Positions 45,449 to 57,724 are shown, counted from the first letter of the stretch. The stretch is DNA of 64,000 bases from Gemmatimonadota bacterium (GCA_035708865.1 DASTFF010000017.1:5952-69951); one strand, 5' to 3'. Notes: generated from the sequence alone by a model not told the origin. Translations and numbers: made by a program.

Positions 45449-47194
45449 ATGACCGGCCTCCCCCGTTCCGGCTCCGTCCTCCGACCGTTCATCATCGCCG
45501 CCGGCGTTGCCGTCGTTGCCGCTTCGTGTGCGTCGACGGACCGGCTTCCGACTCTCGGCACGGGATCCCTCTCGCGCACCGACGCCCTTGCGGCCCAGGA
45601 GGCGTACGACCGGGGGCTCGGCCGCTTCCAGGCCGGCGACTACGAGGGCGCGCTCGAGGATTTCACCGTCATCGTCGAGCGCTACGCGGCCAGCGAGAGC
45701 TCGGCTCTGGCCCTGTACTGGCAGGCCCGCTCGTTCTATCAGCTGGGCCGTGACTCCCTCGCCATACCGGGGTTCGAGCGCTACCTGGCGCTGGCGCCCG
45801 GGATGCCCAACCGCGAGCACGCCGTTCTGCTGCTCGCGAACAGCCGCTACGGAACGGGCGATTTCGACGCCGCGCTGAACGCCGCGCTGGACGTGGGGAA
45901 CGCACCCGACGCGCTTCGCCCCGGCTTTCTGAGCCTGGCCGGCGACCTCGTCGACAAGCTCTCACGAGCCCAGGTCATCCGGGGTGCGCAGCTCGACCCG
46001 CCACGGGACTGGATGGCGCCCTTCTACCTGCAGGCGGCCCGCTGGTCGGCGGCCGATCAGAACCGCCGCCAGGCCCAGCAGTTCGCCGACAAGGTCCTCG
46101 ACTTCCCTGGGCTGCCGGCCGACGTCCGCGGGGAGGCGACCGCGATCCGGTCCGGGTCGGAGGTCGCGCTGCGGCCCCGGATCGGTGTCCTCATGCCGGG
46201 CGAAGGGCGGTTCGCTGACGTGGGAGAGGAGGTCCAGCGCGGGGTCGCGCTGGCGCTGGAGGAGATCAATCGCGACCGGACGAACGCCTACGAGCTGGTC
46301 AGCCGGGTGACGATCACCGACGCCGACTCGACGGTGGCGATGGTGAGGGCGCTGGCCCGGGGAGAGGGTGTCCAGGCGATCCTCGGCCCGATCACGAGCG
46401 AGTTCGCCCTGCCGGCCGGGGAAGCCGCCCGCGAAGAGGGGGTGGCCCTGATCAGCCCCACCGCGACCGACGCCCGGATGCTCGACATCGGCCCGAACGT
46501 CCTCACGGTGAACGCACTGGACGGGGCGATCGGCTACACGATCGGGACCTACGCGGCCACCAACCTGGGCCGGCGGCGGTTCGCGATCCTGGCCGTCGAC
46601 AACCCGTACGGCCGGATCCAGGCGGATGCCTTCGCGCAGGCCGTTCAGGCCGCGGGCGGGGGCATCGTCGCGCGCCACACCTATGCGCCGGCTACGACGC
46701 AGTTCACCGAGCTGCTGGGCGAGATCGTGCGTTCCGGCACCGATGCCCTGTTCATCGCCACCAAGAGCCCGAACGAGGCGCTGCGAATCCTCAACCAGGT
46801 CGCGTTCTTCCAGCTCGGGAGCCTCATGCCGCTGGGCACCGACGCCTGGAACGACGCGTCGTTCTCCAGTCAGGGACGCGGGTTCGTGAGGGGCTACTTC
46901 GCCGACACCTTCAGCAGGGATCCGCGCGTGACCCGCTGGCAGGCCTTCGCCGACGCCTACACGGCGCGTTACGGGGAGGAGCCGGAGAACCTGATCCCGG
47001 GGTGGGGCTACGACGCCGCCCATCTGGCGATCCGTCCGTTCGTGCAGCAGAACGCAGCCACCGGCGCCACCGCCCTCGCGGCCGAGCCGTATCGCGGCGC
47101 CTCGGCGCTGTTCCGGTTCACGCCGCAGGGGATCCGGCGCGCGGTCGTGGTCCACCAGATCCAGGGCGGGGAAGCGGTCGCCGTGGAATGGTGA
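45449..47194 (+). CDS. Lipoprotein: TPR (BamD/CpoB-like) + type I periplasmic-binding fold (LpoA/LppC-like)
   Basis: Lipobox VAAS-C; TPR YDRGL..FQAGDYE.A; [23 protein letters not shown]. Confidence 0.8.
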   Translation: MTGLPRSGSVLRPFIIAAGVAVVAASCASTDRLPTLGTGSLSRTDALAAQEAYDRGLGRFQAGDYEGALEDFTVIVERYAASESSALALYWQARSFYQLGRDSLAIPGFERYLALAPGMPNREHAVLLLANSRYGTGDFDAALNAALDVGNAPDALRPGFLSLAGDLVDKLSRAQVIRGAQLDPPRDWMAPFYLQAARWSAADQNRRQAQQFADKVLDFPGLPADVRGEATAIRSGSEVALRPRIGVLMPGEGRFADVGEEVQRGVALALEEINRDRTNAYELVSRVTITDADSTVAMVRALARGEGVQAILGPITSEFALPAGEAAREEGVALISPTATDARMLDIGPNVLTVNALDGAIGYTIGTYAATNLGRRRFAILAVDNPYGRIQADAFAQAVQAAGGGIVARHTYAPATTQFTELLGEIVRSGTDALFIATKSPNEALRILNQVAFFQLGSLMPLGTDAWNDASFSSQGRGFVRGYFADTFSRDPRVTRWQAFADAYTARYGEEPENLIPGWGYDAAHLAIRPFVQQNAATGATALAAEPYRGASALFRFTPQGIRRAVVVHQIQGGEAVAVEW

Positions 47195-47201
47195 GCCGGG
47201 C

Positions 47202-48746
47202 GTGAGCGACCGGCTGGAGGAGCTGCGGGCGCGCGAGGCCGAGGCGCTGGCCGGCGGCGGCCCTGAGCGCCTCCAGGCCCAGCACCGGAAGGGAAAGCTG
47301 GGAGCCCGGGAACGGCTCGACCTTCTGCTCGACCCGGGCTCGTTCTTCGAGCTCGACCGCCTCGTCACCCACCGCACCGCCGAGTTCGGCCTCGCGGACC
47401 AGAAGATCCCCGGCGACGGCGTCGTGACCGGGTACGGGACCATCGACGGACGGCCGGTCTACGTCTTCAGCCAGGACTTCACGGTGTTCGGCGGCTCCCT
47501 GTCGGAGGCCCACGCCGAGAAGATCTGCAAGATCATGGATCTGGCGCTGAAGACCGGCGCGCCGATCGTCGGGCTGAACGATTCGGGCGGCGCCCGGATC
47601 CAGGAAGGCGTGGCGTCGCTGGGCGGCTACGCCGAGATCTTCCTGCGCAACACGCTGGCCAGCGGGGTCGTGCCACAGATCAGCGCCATCCTGGGGCCGT
47701 GCGCGGGGGGCGCGGTCTACAGCCCGGCCATCACCGACTTCGTCTGCATGGTCGAGGGCATCTCGTACATGTTCGTGACCGGCCCCAACGTGGTCCGGAC
47801 GGTGACCCACGAGGAGGTTTCGTTCGACGACCTCGGCGGCGCGGCCGTGCACGCCGCGAAGAGCGGGGTCAGCCACTTCACCCATCCCGACGAGCCGGCG
47901 TGCCTCGAGGGCATCCGGCGCCTGCTCGGCTACCTGCCGTCCAACAATCGCGAGGACCCGCCGGTCGTCGACACCGGCGACGACCCGGACCGGGCGGTCC
48001 CCGCGCTGCGGGAGGTGATCCCGGCGAGCCCGAACAAGCCGTACGACGTCCACGTCGTCATCCGGGAGCTGGTCGACCGGGGCTCGTTCCTCGAGGTCCA
48101 CGCCGGGTACGCGCAGAACCTGGTCGTCGGCGTGGCCCGGCTGGGCGGACGTACGGTCGGAATCGTGGCCAACCAGCCGGCCGTCCTGGCGGGCGTGCTG
48201 GACATCGACGCGAGCCTGAAGGGAGCACGCTTCGTCCGCTTCTGCGACGCCTTCAACATCCCGCTCGTCACGCTCGTCGACGTGCCGGGGTTCCTGCCCG
48301 GGACGGCTCAGGAGTGGGGCGGCATCATCAAGCACGGGGCCAAGCTCCTCTACGCCTACTGCGAGGCCACCGTCCCCAAACTGACCGTCATCCTGAGGAA
48401 GGCCTACGGCGGCGCGTACGACGTCATGTCCTCGAAGCACATCCGCGGCGACCTGAACCTGGCGTGGCCGACCGCCGAGATCGCGGTCATGGGCCCCAAG
48501 GGGGCGGTCGAGATCCTGTGGCGCAGGGAGATCGAGGGCGCCGACGACCGGGCTGCGGCGATCGATGCCCACGCCGCCGAGTACGGCGAGCGGTTCGCCA
48601 ACCCGTGGGTCGCCGCCGAGCGCGGCTACGTGGACGCCGTCGTGGATCCGGCCGACACCCGCCGCCTGCTGGCGGGCGGGCTCCGGGTTCTGGCCGGTAA
48701 GCGGGACGCCAATCCACCTCGAAAGCACGGTAACTTGCCGCTATGA
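47202..48746 (+). CDS. pccB: Acyl-CoA (propionyl-CoA) carboxylase beta subunit
   Basis: [61 protein letters not shown]. Confidence 0.93.
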   Translation: MSDRLEELRAREAEALAGGGPERLQAQHRKGKLGARERLDLLLDPGSFFELDRLVTHRTAEFGLADQKIPGDGVVTGYGTIDGRPVYVFSQDFTVFGGSLSEAHAEKICKIMDLALKTGAPIVGLNDSGGARIQEGVASLGGYAEIFLRNTLASGVVPQISAILGPCAGGAVYSPAITDFVCMVEGISYMFVTGPNVVRTVTHEEVSFDDLGGAAVHAAKSGVSHFTHPDEPACLEGIRRLLGYLPSNNREDPPVVDTGDDPDRAVPALREVIPASPNKPYDVHVVIRELVDRGSFLEVHAGYAQNLVVGVARLGGRTVGIVANQPAVLAGVLDIDASLKGARFVRFCDAFNIPLVTLVDVPGFLPGTAQEWGGIIKHGAKLLYAYCEATVPKLTVILRKAYGGAYDVMSSKHIRGDLNLAWPTAEIAVMGPKGAVEILWRREIEGADDRAAAIDAHAAEYGERFANPWVAAERGYVDAVVDPADTRRLLAGGLRVLAGKRDANPPRKHGNLPL

Positions 48747-50296
48747 AGTCCAAGCGGGGTAAGCGGATGCGGACCTCGCCACGATCGGTCGGCGGGTCGC
48801 TCCGGAGGGTCCTGGTGGCCAACCGGGGCGAGATCGCGGTGCGGGTGATCCGAGCCTGCCGGAGCCTGGGGATCGAGGCGGCGGCGGTCTTCTCCGACGC
48901 CGACCGGGACGCGCCCCACGTGGCGCTCGCCGACCTGGCCGCCGGCATCGGCCCCGCGCCGCCCCGCGACTCCTACCTCTCGATCGAGCGGCTGCTCGAG
49001 GCCGGCCGGCGGCTGGACGTCGACGCCGTCCATCCGGGGTACGGGTTCCTGGCGGAGAACGCCGCCTTTGCCGAGGCGGTCCGGGAGGCGGGATGGACAT
49101 GGGTCGGCCCACCCCCGGCCGCGATCCGCGCGATGGGGGAGAAGACGGAGGCCCGCCGGGCCATGCAGGCGGCCGGTGTGCCGGTCGTGCCGGGAACGGC
49201 CGAGCCCCTGGCCGGCCTCGACGAGGCGCGGGCGCGTGCGGCCGAGGCCGGTTACCCGATCCTGCTGAAGGCGGCCGCCGGCGGCGGCGGCCGCGGGATG
49301 CGGCGGGTCGAGGATGAGGCCGGGCTCGAGGGCGCCCTCAGGGCGGCCCGGAACGAGGCCGGGAACGCGTTCGGTGATCCGGCCGTCTACCTGGAGAAGT
49401 TCGTCCCCGAGGCGCGGCACGTGGAGATCCAGGTGTTCGCGGACAGGGAGGGCCGGACGATCCATCTGGGCGAGCGCGAGTGCTCCGTCCAGCGGCGCCA
49501 TCAGAAGGTCCTCGAGGAGGCGCCGGCGCCCGGCCTGGACGCGGGCACGCGGACGAGGATGGGGCGCGAGGCCGTCCGCGCCGCGCGCGCGGTCGCCTAC
49601 GAGGGCGCCGGCACGGTGGAGTTCCTGCTCGCCCCCGACGGCGAGTTCTGGTTCCTCGAGATGAACACGCGGATCCAGGTCGAGCACCCGGTCACCGAGA
49701 TGGTGACCGGGATCGACCTGGTGGCGCTCCAGCTCCGGGTCGCGGCCGGCGAGCCGCTGCCGCTGACCCAGGAGGAGCTCGATCTGCGCGGCCACGCGGT
49801 CGAATGCCGGATCACGGCCGAGGACCCGGCGGCCGGGTTCCGACCGGCCACCGGCACGGTGACCGAGTTCCGGGCGCCGGGAGGTCCGGGCGTCCGCTTC
49901 GACGCCGGGATCGAGACGGGCACGGAGATCACCCCCCACTACGACCCCCTCCTCGCCAAGTGCGTGACGTGGGGACGGACCCGGGACGAGGCGCTGGACC
50001 GGATGCGGACGGCGCTCGCCGAGACCACGATCGGCGGGGTGACGACCAACCTCCCCCTGCAGCGGATCCTGGTCGAGCATCCTGAGCTCCGTGCGGCGCG
50101 CGTCCACACGCGCTGGCTGGAGCGCGGGCTGGAGGAGATCCTGGCGCGGCTGGCCGAGGCGCGGCGGCCGGAGGAGCCGCTGGCGGCCGCGCTGGCGGCG
50201 TGGGCGAGTCACACCGGCCGGCGCACGGCTCAGCCACTCCCGCCCTCCGCCGGGCTTTCCGCATGGCGGCGCGAGCGGTGGGTCTGGATTCGCTGA
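48743..50296 (+). CDS. Biotin carboxylase subunit (no BCCP domain)
   Basis: [63 protein letters not shown]. Confidence 0.93.
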   Translation: MKSKRGKRMRTSPRSVGGSLRRVLVANRGEIAVRVIRACRSLGIEAAAVFSDADRDAPHVALADLAAGIGPAPPRDSYLSIERLLEAGRRLDVDAVHPGYGFLAENAAFAEAVREAGWTWVGPPPAAIRAMGEKTEARRAMQAAGVPVVPGTAEPLAGLDEARARAAEAGYPILLKAAAGGGGRGMRRVEDEAGLEGALRAARNEAGNAFGDPAVYLEKFVPEARHVEIQVFADREGRTIHLGERECSVQRRHQKVLEEAPAPGLDAGTRTRMGREAVRAARAVAYEGAGTVEFLLAPDGEFWFLEMNTRIQVEHPVTEMVTGIDLVALQLRVAAGEPLPLTQEELDLRGHAVECRITAEDPAAGFRPATGTVTEFRAPGGPGVRFDAGIETGTEITPHYDPLLAKCVTWGRTRDEALDRMRTALAETTIGGVTTNLPLQRILVEHPELRAARVHTRWLERGLEEILARLAEARRPEEPLAAALAAWASHTGRRTAQPLPPSAGLSAWRRERWVWIR

Positions 50297-51573
50297 CCGG
50301 GACCGTCGAGGCCGAGGTCGAGAGCCTCGCCCACGGCGGTGAAGGGGTGGCGCGGGTGGAGGGACGGGTGGTGTTCGTCCCCGGCGCTGCGCCCGGCGAC
50401 CGGGTCCTGGTGCGGATCGTCGAAGATCACCCGAGGTGGGCGCGGGCCCGGCTCGAGCGGGTCCTCCGTGCCTCCGCCGACCGGATCGAGCCGCGCTGCC
50501 CGCTGCATGGCGAATGCGGTGGATGCGGCCTCCAGCACGTGCCGCCCCGTGTCCAGCGACAGGCCAAGGCGGCCGCGGTGACCGACCTGCTGGAACGGGT
50601 CGGAGGGCGCCGCCCGCCGTCGCCCGTCGTGTGCGAGCCGGCGCCCCGGGACTGGGAGTATCGGCAGCGCGCGGTCCTCTCCTGGGGGCGGACGGAGGAG
50701 GGCGTCACGGTGGGGTTCCACCCGCCCGGCGATCCGGTCGCCCTGGTCGACGTTCCCGCCTGCCCGGTCCTGGACCCGCGGATCGCGATTCGGCTCCCGG
50801 CCATCCGCGCGGCGCTCGGTGCCGCGCTCGACGACGAGGACGGGGCGGAAAAAGGCCGGCTGGCGCTCCGCGCGCCGGCCGGCCATCCGGTCGACGCGGG
50901 CGTCTTTGCCGCCGATCCGGGCCCGGCCGAGCGGATCGCGGCCGCGCTCACCGCGCGCGGGGTCCCCGCGACCTGGGGACGGTGGGACCGTGGCGGGCTC
51001 CACCTGGCGGGGGGCGCGCCCCGGCGAGAGGTCCATCTCGCTTACCGCGGTTTGAACCTGCGGGTGGGCTTCGATAGCTTCCTCCAGGCCGATCTGGAAG
51101 CCGCCTCCGCGCTCTACGAAGCGGTCCTCGAGGCGCTGGACGCGACGGCGGGAGAGGCGGTGATCGACGCTTATGCCGGGATCGGCGTGGTGGCCTGCGA
51201 GCTGGCCCGTGCCGGAGTCCGTGTGACCGCCGTGGAGAGCCACCCCGGCGCGGCCAGCGACCTGCGCGCCAACGTGGCCCGGGCGGGTGACGCCCACGTT
51301 CTCGAGATGGCGGCCGACAGGCTCGACTGGCGGCGGCCCCGGCCGGACGGCATCGTCGTCAACCCGCCACGCGGCGGGTGCGCCCGGCGTGTGATCGACG
51401 GGATCGTCCGCTCAGGCGCCCGGCGGCTCGTTTACGTCGCCTGCGATCCAGCCACGCTCGCCCGGGACGTCCGCCGCCTCGGCACGGCGTGGCGCCTGGA
51501 CGGGGTCCGGGCCTTCGATCTCTTCCCGCAGACCGCCCACGTGGAGACCGTGCTGAGGCTGACCCGGACATGA
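50278..51573 (+). CDS. 23S rRNA m5U methyltransferase, RlmD/RumA family (TRAM + Fe-S)
   Basis: TRAM ([19 protein letters not shown]), [47 protein letters not shown]. Confidence 0.9.
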   Translation: MGLDSLTGTVEAEVESLAHGGEGVARVEGRVVFVPGAAPGDRVLVRIVEDHPRWARARLERVLRASADRIEPRCPLHGECGGCGLQHVPPRVQRQAKAAAVTDLLERVGGRRPPSPVVCEPAPRDWEYRQRAVLSWGRTEEGVTVGFHPPGDPVALVDVPACPVLDPRIAIRLPAIRAALGAALDDEDGAEKGRLALRAPAGHPVDAGVFAADPGPAERIAAALTARGVPATWGRWDRGGLHLAGGAPRREVHLAYRGLNLRVGFDSFLQADLEAASALYEAVLEALDATAGEAVIDAYAGIGVVACELARAGVRVTAVESHPGAASDLRANVARAGDAHVLEMAADRLDWRRPRPDGIVVNPPRGGCARRVIDGIVRSGARRLVYVACDPATLARDVRRLGTAWRLDGVRAFDLFPQTAHVETVLRLTRT

Positions 51574-52097
51574 CGTCCCCTGCGACCTACTGCGTCACCG
51601 CCGCCGGCCGGACCGACCCCTACCGGGTCGTCCTGACGCCTTCCGCCGAGGGCTGGGCGGCGGCCGTCCAGCGCGGGCACGAGGCGTGGACGTTCTCGAT
51701 CCGGGAGGCCGGCGGGAACGGCCGGGCGTGGGTCGGGGCGCGGCTGGTGGTGTTCGAATGGAACGACGGCCGGCTGTCGCTGGGCGGGGTCGAGCACCCG
51801 CTCACCGTCGAGTCCGAGGCGCGCCACCGGGCAGCCCGGCTGCGCGCGGCGGGGCCGGTCGCCGGCCGCGCCCAGGACGTCCGGGCTCCCATGCCCGGCC
51901 TGATCGTCGCGGTCGAGGTCGAGGAGGGGGATCGCGTCGAGGCCGGCGCGGGGCTGGTCGTGATCGAGGCCATGAAGATGGAGAACGAGATCGTGGCGCC
52001 GGCCGGGGGGAAGGTCACCGCGATCGGCGTCCGGCCCGGCCAGGCGGTCGAGAGGGACGCCATGATCTGCACGATCGAGCAGGGGGAGCCCGCGTGA
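51570..52097 (+). CDS. Biotin carboxyl carrier subunit with N-terminal BT-like domain
   Basis: [19 protein letters not shown] biotinylation motif; ATGA overlap. Confidence 0.9.
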   Translation: MTSPATYCVTAAGRTDPYRVVLTPSAEGWAAAVQRGHEAWTFSIREAGGNGRAWVGARLVVFEWNDGRLSLGGVEHPLTVESEARHRAARLRAAGPVAGRAQDVRAPMPGLIVAVEVEEGDRVEAGAGLVVIEAMKMENEIVAPAGGKVTAIGVRPGQAVERDAMICTIEQGEPA

Positions 52098-53719
52098 ACA
52101 AACCGCGGACCGAGGAAGGTCCGGCCGCCCGCGCGGCGGGGGTGCCCACCACCAGCAGCGGCCACGTCGTGCGCACGGTATACGTCCCCGGGGACGTGGA
52201 GCCGATCGATCCCGGGCGGGACCTCGGGATGCCGGGCCAGCCGCCCTACACCCGTGGCATCCACGAGGACATGTACCGCGGGCGGCTATGGACGATGCGG
52301 CAGTACGCCGGCTACGGCAGCGCGGAAGAGACCAACGCCCGCTTCCGCTACCTCCTCGAGCACGGGCAGACCGGCCTCTCGACCGCTTTCGACCTGCCCA
52401 CCCAGATGGGGTACGACTCCGATCACCCGCGCGCGGCCGGCGAGGTCGGACGGGTCGGCGTGGCGATCGACACGCTCGACGACATGCGCCGGCTGTTCGC
52501 CGGGATCCCGCTCGCCAAGGCCTCGACGTCGATGACGATCAACGCGACCGCGACCACCCTTCTCGCCCTGTACACGCTGGTCGCCGATGAGCAGGGAGCG
52601 CCGCTCGCGTCGCTGCGGGGGACCATCCAGAACGACATCCTCAAGGAGTACGTCGCGCGAGGGACCTACATCTACCCCCCAGCCTTCAGCCTGCGCCTGA
52701 TCGTGGACTCGTTCGCGTGGTGCGCCCGGGAGACGCCGCAGTGGAACCCGATCTCGATCTCCGGCTATCACATCCGCGAGGCGGGCGCCACCGCGGCCCA
52801 GGAGGTCGCCTTCACGTTCGCCAACGCGATCTGCTACGTGGAGGCGGCCCGGCGGGCCGGGCTCGAGCCGGCCGATTTCATCGGCCGGCTCTCCTTCTTC
52901 TTCGGCGTCCATAACGACCTCTTCGAGGAGGTGGCCAAGTTCCGCGCGGCACGGAAGATCTGGGCGCGGCTGGTCGCGGACCGGTTCGGGATCTCCGACC
53001 CGGCCGCCGCGCGGCTCCGGTTCCACGCCCAGACCGACGGCGCGACGCTGACCGCGCAGCAGCCGCTCAACAACGTGGTGCGGGTGACGGTCCAGGCGCT
53101 GGCCGCGGTGCTGGGGGGGACCCAGAGCCTCCACACCAACGCCTACGACGAGGCGCTGGCCCTGCCGACCGAGGAGTCGGCCCGGCTCGCGCTCAGGACC
53201 CAGCAGATCCTGGCGTCGGAGAGCAAGGTCGCCGTGACGGCCGATCCGCTGGGTGGCTCGTACTACGTCGAGACGCTGACAGCGGACCTCGAGGAGCGCG
53301 TGCTCGAGTACCTGGAGCGGATCGACGACCTGGGGGGCGCGCTGGGCGCCTTGGAGGGCGGCTTCTTCCAGGGCGAGATCGAACGTGAGGCGTACCGCCA
53401 CCAGCGCCGGACCGAGAGCGGCGAGGAGGTGGTCGTCGGCGTCAACCGCTGGACGGAGAAGGAGGCCGAGCCGCGGATCGGCGGCGTCGACGTGGCGGCG
53501 ATCGAGGCGCGTCAGATCGAGCGCATCCGGAGCTGGCGCCAGACGCGCGACACGGGGGCCGTCCAGCGCAGCCTCGAGCGCCTGCGCCGCGCGGGGGAAG
53601 GGGAGGACAACCTGCTCCCGCCGATCCGGGAGGCGTGCGGGGTGGGTGCCACGCTGGGCGAGATCGCCGACGTCTTCCGCGAGCTGCACGGCACCTGGGA
53701 CGAGCTGAGCCAGGGGTGA
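52094..53719 (+). CDS. Methylmalonyl-CoA mutase, substrate-binding large subunit (B12-binding domain separate)
   Basis: [13 protein letters not shown] (Tyr typical of methylmalonyl specificity), [33 protein letters not shown]; no DxH B12 domain. Confidence 0.92.
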   Translation: MNKPRTEEGPAARAAGVPTTSSGHVVRTVYVPGDVEPIDPGRDLGMPGQPPYTRGIHEDMYRGRLWTMRQYAGYGSAEETNARFRYLLEHGQTGLSTAFDLPTQMGYDSDHPRAAGEVGRVGVAIDTLDDMRRLFAGIPLAKASTSMTINATATTLLALYTLVADEQGAPLASLRGTIQNDILKEYVARGTYIYPPAFSLRLIVDSFAWCARETPQWNPISISGYHIREAGATAAQEVAFTFANAICYVEAARRAGLEPADFIGRLSFFFGVHNDLFEEVAKFRAARKIWARLVADRFGISDPAAARLRFHAQTDGATLTAQQPLNNVVRVTVQALAAVLGGTQSLHTNAYDEALALPTEESARLALRTQQILASESKVAVTADPLGGSYYVETLTADLEERVLEYLERIDDLGGALGALEGGFFQGEIEREAYRHQRRTESGEEVVVGVNRWTEKEAEPRIGGVDVAAIEARQIERIRSWRQTRDTGAVQRSLERLRRAGEGEDNLLPPIREACGVGATLGEIADVFRELHGTWDELSQG

Positions 53720-53755
53720 GGACGAGGGCCGTTTTTCAACGAGCGAGGAGCGAGC

Positions 53756-54076
53756 ATGCCGACCTACGCATACGAATGCACCGCGTGCGGGCATAACTTC
53801 GAGGTCTTCTCGAAGATCAGCGCCAAGCCGACGCCCCGGAAGTGCCCGGTCTGCGGCGGGCGCGCGAACCGCCAGATCACCGGTGGCGCCGGCTTCCTGT
53901 TCAAGGGCGAGGGGTTCTACATCACCGACTACCGGAGCGAGGAGTACCGCTCGCGGGAGAAGGCCGAGAAGAAGGACGGTGCCGAGGCGCCCGCGGAGAA
54001 GCCCGGCAAGGCCGCCAAGCCGAACCCCGAGGCCTCGTCGGACAAGGCGAAGAAGAAGCGGAAGAAGAACGGTTGA
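53756..54076 (+). CDS. FmdB-family zinc ribbon protein
   Basis: MPTYAYECTACG..F, CPVCGG, FKGEGFYITDY; GAGGAG RBS. Confidence 0.93.
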   Translation: MPTYAYECTACGHNFEVFSKISAKPTPRKCPVCGGRANRQITGGAGFLFKGEGFYITDYRSEEYRSREKAEKKDGAEAPAEKPGKAAKPNPEASSDKAKKKRKKNG

Positions 54077-55725
54077 CCCGACCGCGCGAGGAGCTCAGGA
54101 CCCGACTGGCGGAGCGGATCGAGTCGCTCGGGTGGCCTGCGGTCGAGGTGGTGGTCGAGCGTCCGGCCCGTCCGGAGCACGGGGACTGGGCCTCTCCCGT
54201 CGCGCTCGCGCTCGCCCGCCCGCTCGGCCGCGGGCCACGCGAGATCGCGCGCGAGCTGGCGGGCGTGGCGGTCGACCCGGGAACGTTCGAGGAGATCACC
54301 GTCGCCGGCCCCGGGTTCCTGAACGCCCGCCTCTCGCCCGCCTATCTGCGCGAAGGTGTGCGGCGGGTGCTGGAAGCGGGCTCCGCCTACGGGAGTTCGC
54401 AGCGGCTCGCCGGGTGGCGCCCGAACGTCGAGTTCGTGTCCTCCAACCCGACCGGCCCGCTCCACGTGGGACACGCCCGCAACGCGGTCCTGGGCGACGC
54501 CATCGCCGCATTCCTCGAGAGCCAGGGAGCCCAAGTGACGCGCGAGTACTACTTCAACGACGCCGGCCGCCAGATGGACATCCTGGGCGCGTCGGTGTAC
54601 GCGCGCTACCGGCAGCTCTGGGATCCCGACTTCCCGTTTCCGGAGGAAGGCTACGCGGGCGGCTACATCGAGGACCTGGCGGCCGGGCTGCGCGACGAGG
54701 TCGGCGAGCGGTACCGGGACACCGAGCCGGGTGAGTGGCTCCCCGAGGTCAGGCGCTTCGCCGGCGAGCGGATCGCGGCCGGGATCCGCGAGGACCTGGC
54801 CCGGTTCCGGGTCGAGTTCGACGTCTGGTTCAACGAGTCGTCGCTGTACCGGGACGGCCGGCTCGAGGAGACGATCGAGGCGCTCCGGGCGAAGGACGCC
54901 GTCTACGACAAGGACGGGGCGGTGTGGCTCCGCGCGACCGTTTGGGGAGACGAGGAGGACCGGGTCCTGGTGAAGAGCAGCGGCGACCCGACCTACCTGC
55001 TGCCCGACATCGCCTACCACCTGGACAAGCGCACCCGCCGGTTCGATGCCGCGATCGACGTGTGGGGGGCCGATCATCACAGCTACGCCGTCCGGATGCA
55101 GGCCGCGCTCCAGGCCCTCGGCTTTCCGCCGGGCTGGTTGAGGACGGTCATCTACCAGCAGGTGAGCCTGATCGAGGACGGGCAGGAGGTCCGTCTCTCG
55201 ACCCGCCGCAACCGGATGGTGACGCTGCGCGAGCTCCTGGACGACATCGGTGTCGACGTCGCGCGCTATTTTCTGCTGATGCGGAAGGGCGATACGCACA
55301 TGACCTTCGACCTGGACCTCGCGCGACGGCAGTCGGACGAGAACCCGGTCTACTACGTTCAGTACGCGCACGCCCGGATCGCCGGCGTGTTCGGGCGGCT
55401 GGAGGAGCACGCCTGGGATCCCCGCGAATCAGGCGTTCCCGAAACCCTGGATCGGCTCACGGCGGATACGGAGCTCGACGTGCTGCGGGCGCTCGACGAT
55501 TTCCCCGACGTGGTCTCCGATGCCGCCGACGCGCTCGAGCCGCACCGGGTGACGGATTACCTGGAGAGTCTGGCCCGCCGCTTCCACCTGTGGTACCACG
55601 CCGAGCGCTTCCTGGTCGGGGACCGGGACCTGGCGCAAGCGCGGCTGGCGCTCGCCCGCGCCGTCCAGACCGTGCTCGCCAACGGCCTCGGCCTGCTCGG
55701 GGTGAGCGCGCCCGAAACGATGTAG
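54073..55725 (+). CDS. argS: Arginine--tRNA ligase
   Basis: TTG 54073; EHGD, GPGFLN, EFVSSNPTGPLHVGH, EYYFNDAG.Q, YH.DK, GADH, NPVYYVQYAHARI. Confidence 0.96.
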   Translation: MTRPREELRTRLAERIESLGWPAVEVVVERPARPEHGDWASPVALALARPLGRGPREIARELAGVAVDPGTFEEITVAGPGFLNARLSPAYLREGVRRVLEAGSAYGSSQRLAGWRPNVEFVSSNPTGPLHVGHARNAVLGDAIAAFLESQGAQVTREYYFNDAGRQMDILGASVYARYRQLWDPDFPFPEEGYAGGYIEDLAAGLRDEVGERYRDTEPGEWLPEVRRFAGERIAAGIREDLARFRVEFDVWFNESSLYRDGRLEETIEALRAKDAVYDKDGAVWLRATVWGDEEDRVLVKSSGDPTYLLPDIAYHLDKRTRRFDAAIDVWGADHHSYAVRMQAALQALGFPPGWLRTVIYQQVSLIEDGQEVRLSTRRNRMVTLRELLDDIGVDVARYFLLMRKGDTHMTFDLDLARRQSDENPVYYVQYAHARIAGVFGRLEEHAWDPRESGVPETLDRLTADTELDVLRALDDFPDVVSDAADALEPHRVTDYLESLARRFHLWYHAERFLVGDRDLAQARLALARAVQTVLANGLGLLGVSAPETM

Positions 55726-55764
55726 AACGCCGATGACGTCTCGCTTCCTGCCTCCGGGGGTCGC

Positions 55765-56691
55765 ATGTCGCTTCTCGTAGTCGGTTCGGTCGCGCTGGAC
55801 GACGTCAGGACGCCGTTCGGCGAGCGTAAGGACGTGCTGGGCGGAGCGGCCGTGTACTTCAGCCTGGCCGCCTCCTACTTCACCGAGGTGCGGCTGGTGG
55901 GCGTCGTCGGGAGCGACTTCCCCGAGCGGCATCGGGAGCTCCTCGAGTCGAAGGGGATCGACCTGGCCGGGCTCGAGACCGTCGACGGGAAGACGTTCCG
56001 GTGGGGGGGCGAGTACGGCTACGATCTGAACGCGCGGGAGACCCTGTTCACCGACCTGAACGTCTTCGCCGATTTCAGGCCCCGGATCCCCGACACCTTC
56101 CGCGACTCCGGGCACGTCTTCCTGGCCAACATCGAGCCCGGGCTCCAGCTCGACGTGCTCGATCAGGTCGACGCTCCGGAGACCGTCGCTCTGGACACCA
56201 TGAACTACTGGATCCGGGGCACGCCCGATGACCTGCGCCGGGTCATAGAGAGGGCCGACCTGGTCCTCATCAACGACTCGGAGACCCGCCAGCTGGCGCA
56301 GGAACCGAACCTCCGGAAGGCAGCCGAATCGATTCTGGAATGGGGGCCGCAGCTGATCGTCGTGAAGAAAGGGGAGCACGGCGCGGTCGCCTTCTCGGGG
56401 GAATGGATCTTCGCCGTACCGGGGATCCCGCTCGATACGATCGTCGACCCGACCGGCGCCGGCGACGCGTTCGCGGGCGGCTTCCTGGGGTACGTGGCGG
56501 CGACCGGGGACACCTCGCCCGAAGGGTTGAAGCGGGCCACGATCTACGGCTCGGCGATGGGCTCCTTCTGCTGCGAGGACTTCTCGGTCGATCGCCTGAC
56601 ACGGCTCGACGCCGACGCGATCGAGGAGCGGTTCCGCGAGTTCGGCCAGCTGACCCGCTTCGACCACCGCCCGGTGGCGGGTCATGCCTGA
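55765..56691 (+). CDS. PfkB family carbohydrate/nucleoside kinase
   Basis: VVGSVALD, LGGAA.Y, VGVVG.DF, K.GEHGA, DPTGAGDAFAGG. Confidence 0.92.
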   Translation: MSLLVVGSVALDDVRTPFGERKDVLGGAAVYFSLAASYFTEVRLVGVVGSDFPERHRELLESKGIDLAGLETVDGKTFRWGGEYGYDLNARETLFTDLNVFADFRPRIPDTFRDSGHVFLANIEPGLQLDVLDQVDAPETVALDTMNYWIRGTPDDLRRVIERADLVLINDSETRQLAQEPNLRKAAESILEWGPQLIVVKKGEHGAVAFSGEWIFAVPGIPLDTIVDPTGAGDAFAGGFLGYVAATGDTSPEGLKRATIYGSAMGSFCCEDFSVDRLTRLDADAIEERFREFGQLTRFDHRPVAGHA

Positions 56692-57724
56692 GCCATCGAA
56701 GGTCCCCGCCCCGGCCTACCGCGCCGCGGGCGTGGACCTGGCGGCCTCGGACGCTGTCAAGCGTCGGCTGGCCCGGCTCGTCGAGTCGACGCTGGGGCCG
56801 GAGGTCGTCGGGGGGGTGGGCGGGTTCGGGGGCTGCTACGCGATCGGCGGCCTGGCCGAGCCGGACCCGGTCCTGGTCGCCTCGGCGGACGGCGTCGGCA
56901 CCAAGCTGCTCGTGGCCCGATGGGCGGGCCGCCACGACACGGTGGGGCAGGACCTGGTCCACCACTGCGTCGACGACCTCCTGGCCGCGCGCGCGCGGCC
57001 GCTCCTCTTTCTCGACTACATCGCCACCGGGAGGATCGACCCGGGCGTGGTCCTCACCCTGGTCGAGGGGCTCGCCCGGGCCTGCCGCGAGGACGGCCTG
57101 GCCCTGATCGGCGGCGAGACCGCCGAGATGCCGGACCTCTACGGGGAGGGGGAGTACGATCTGGCGGGGTTCGTGGTCGGGGTCGCGCCGCGCTCACGGC
57201 TCGGGTCCCGCGCCGCCTCCGGCGACGTCGTGCTGGGGCTGACATCGAGCGGCCTCCACACCAACGGCTACACGCTGGCGCGGCGGATCCTGATCGACGA
57301 CGCGGAGGTCGGGCCGGACGAGGCGGTGCCGTGGGGCGGGACGACCTGGGCCGACGCGCTCCTCGCCGTCCATCGCTCGTACCTGGGCCCGGTCCTGCCC
57401 CTCCTCGACGACCCCGACCTCCATGCCATCGCCCACATCACCGGCGGCGGCTTCGCCGGCAACCTCCCGCGCATCCTGCCGGCAGGTCTGGGCGCCCGGC
57501 TGGACCGTTCGGCATGGGAGGTTCCGCCGCTGTTCCGTCATCTGGCCGGGACCGGGAACGTTTCCGAGGACGAGATGTACCGCGTCTTCAACATGGGGAT
57601 CGGGATGTGTCTCGTGGTTGCCGCGGAGGCGGCCGGCCGGATCGCCGACGCCTGCGCGAAGCACGGGGACCGGCCGGCAACGATCGGTCGCGTCGTGGCC
57701 GGGGAGGGAGTGGCGTGGGACTGA
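56684..57724 (+). CDS. purM: AIR synthetase
   Basis: YRAAGVD, GGFGG, DGVGTKL, GQDLV.HCVDD, FLDY.A, GGETAEMP, SSGLHTNGY, HITGGG, FNMGIG. Confidence 0.96.
   Translation: MPEPSKVPAPAYRAAGVDLAASDAVKRRLARLVESTLGPEVVGGVGGFGGCYAIGGLAEPDPVLVASADGVGTKLLVARWAGRHDTVGQDLVHHCVDDLLAARARPLLFLDYIATGRIDPGVVLTLVEGLARACREDGLALIGGETAEMPDLYGEGEYDLAGFVVGVAPRSRLGSRAASGDVVLGLTSSGLHTNGYTLARRILIDDAEVGPDEAVPWGGTTWADALLAVHRSYLGPVLPLLDDPDLHAIAHITGGGFAGNLPRILPAGLGARLDRSAWEVPPLFRHLAGTGNVSEDEMYRVFNMGIGMCLVVAAEAAGRIADACAKHGDRPATIGRVVAGEGVAWD

Noticed and set aside
52094-53719. Possible non-canonical acyl-CoA mutase (isobutyryl- or hydroxyisobutyryl-CoA)
   Set aside because: RQYAG Tyr plus conserved Gln (QND) and Arg (ARG) fit methylmalonyl-CoA, and pccB is adjacent.
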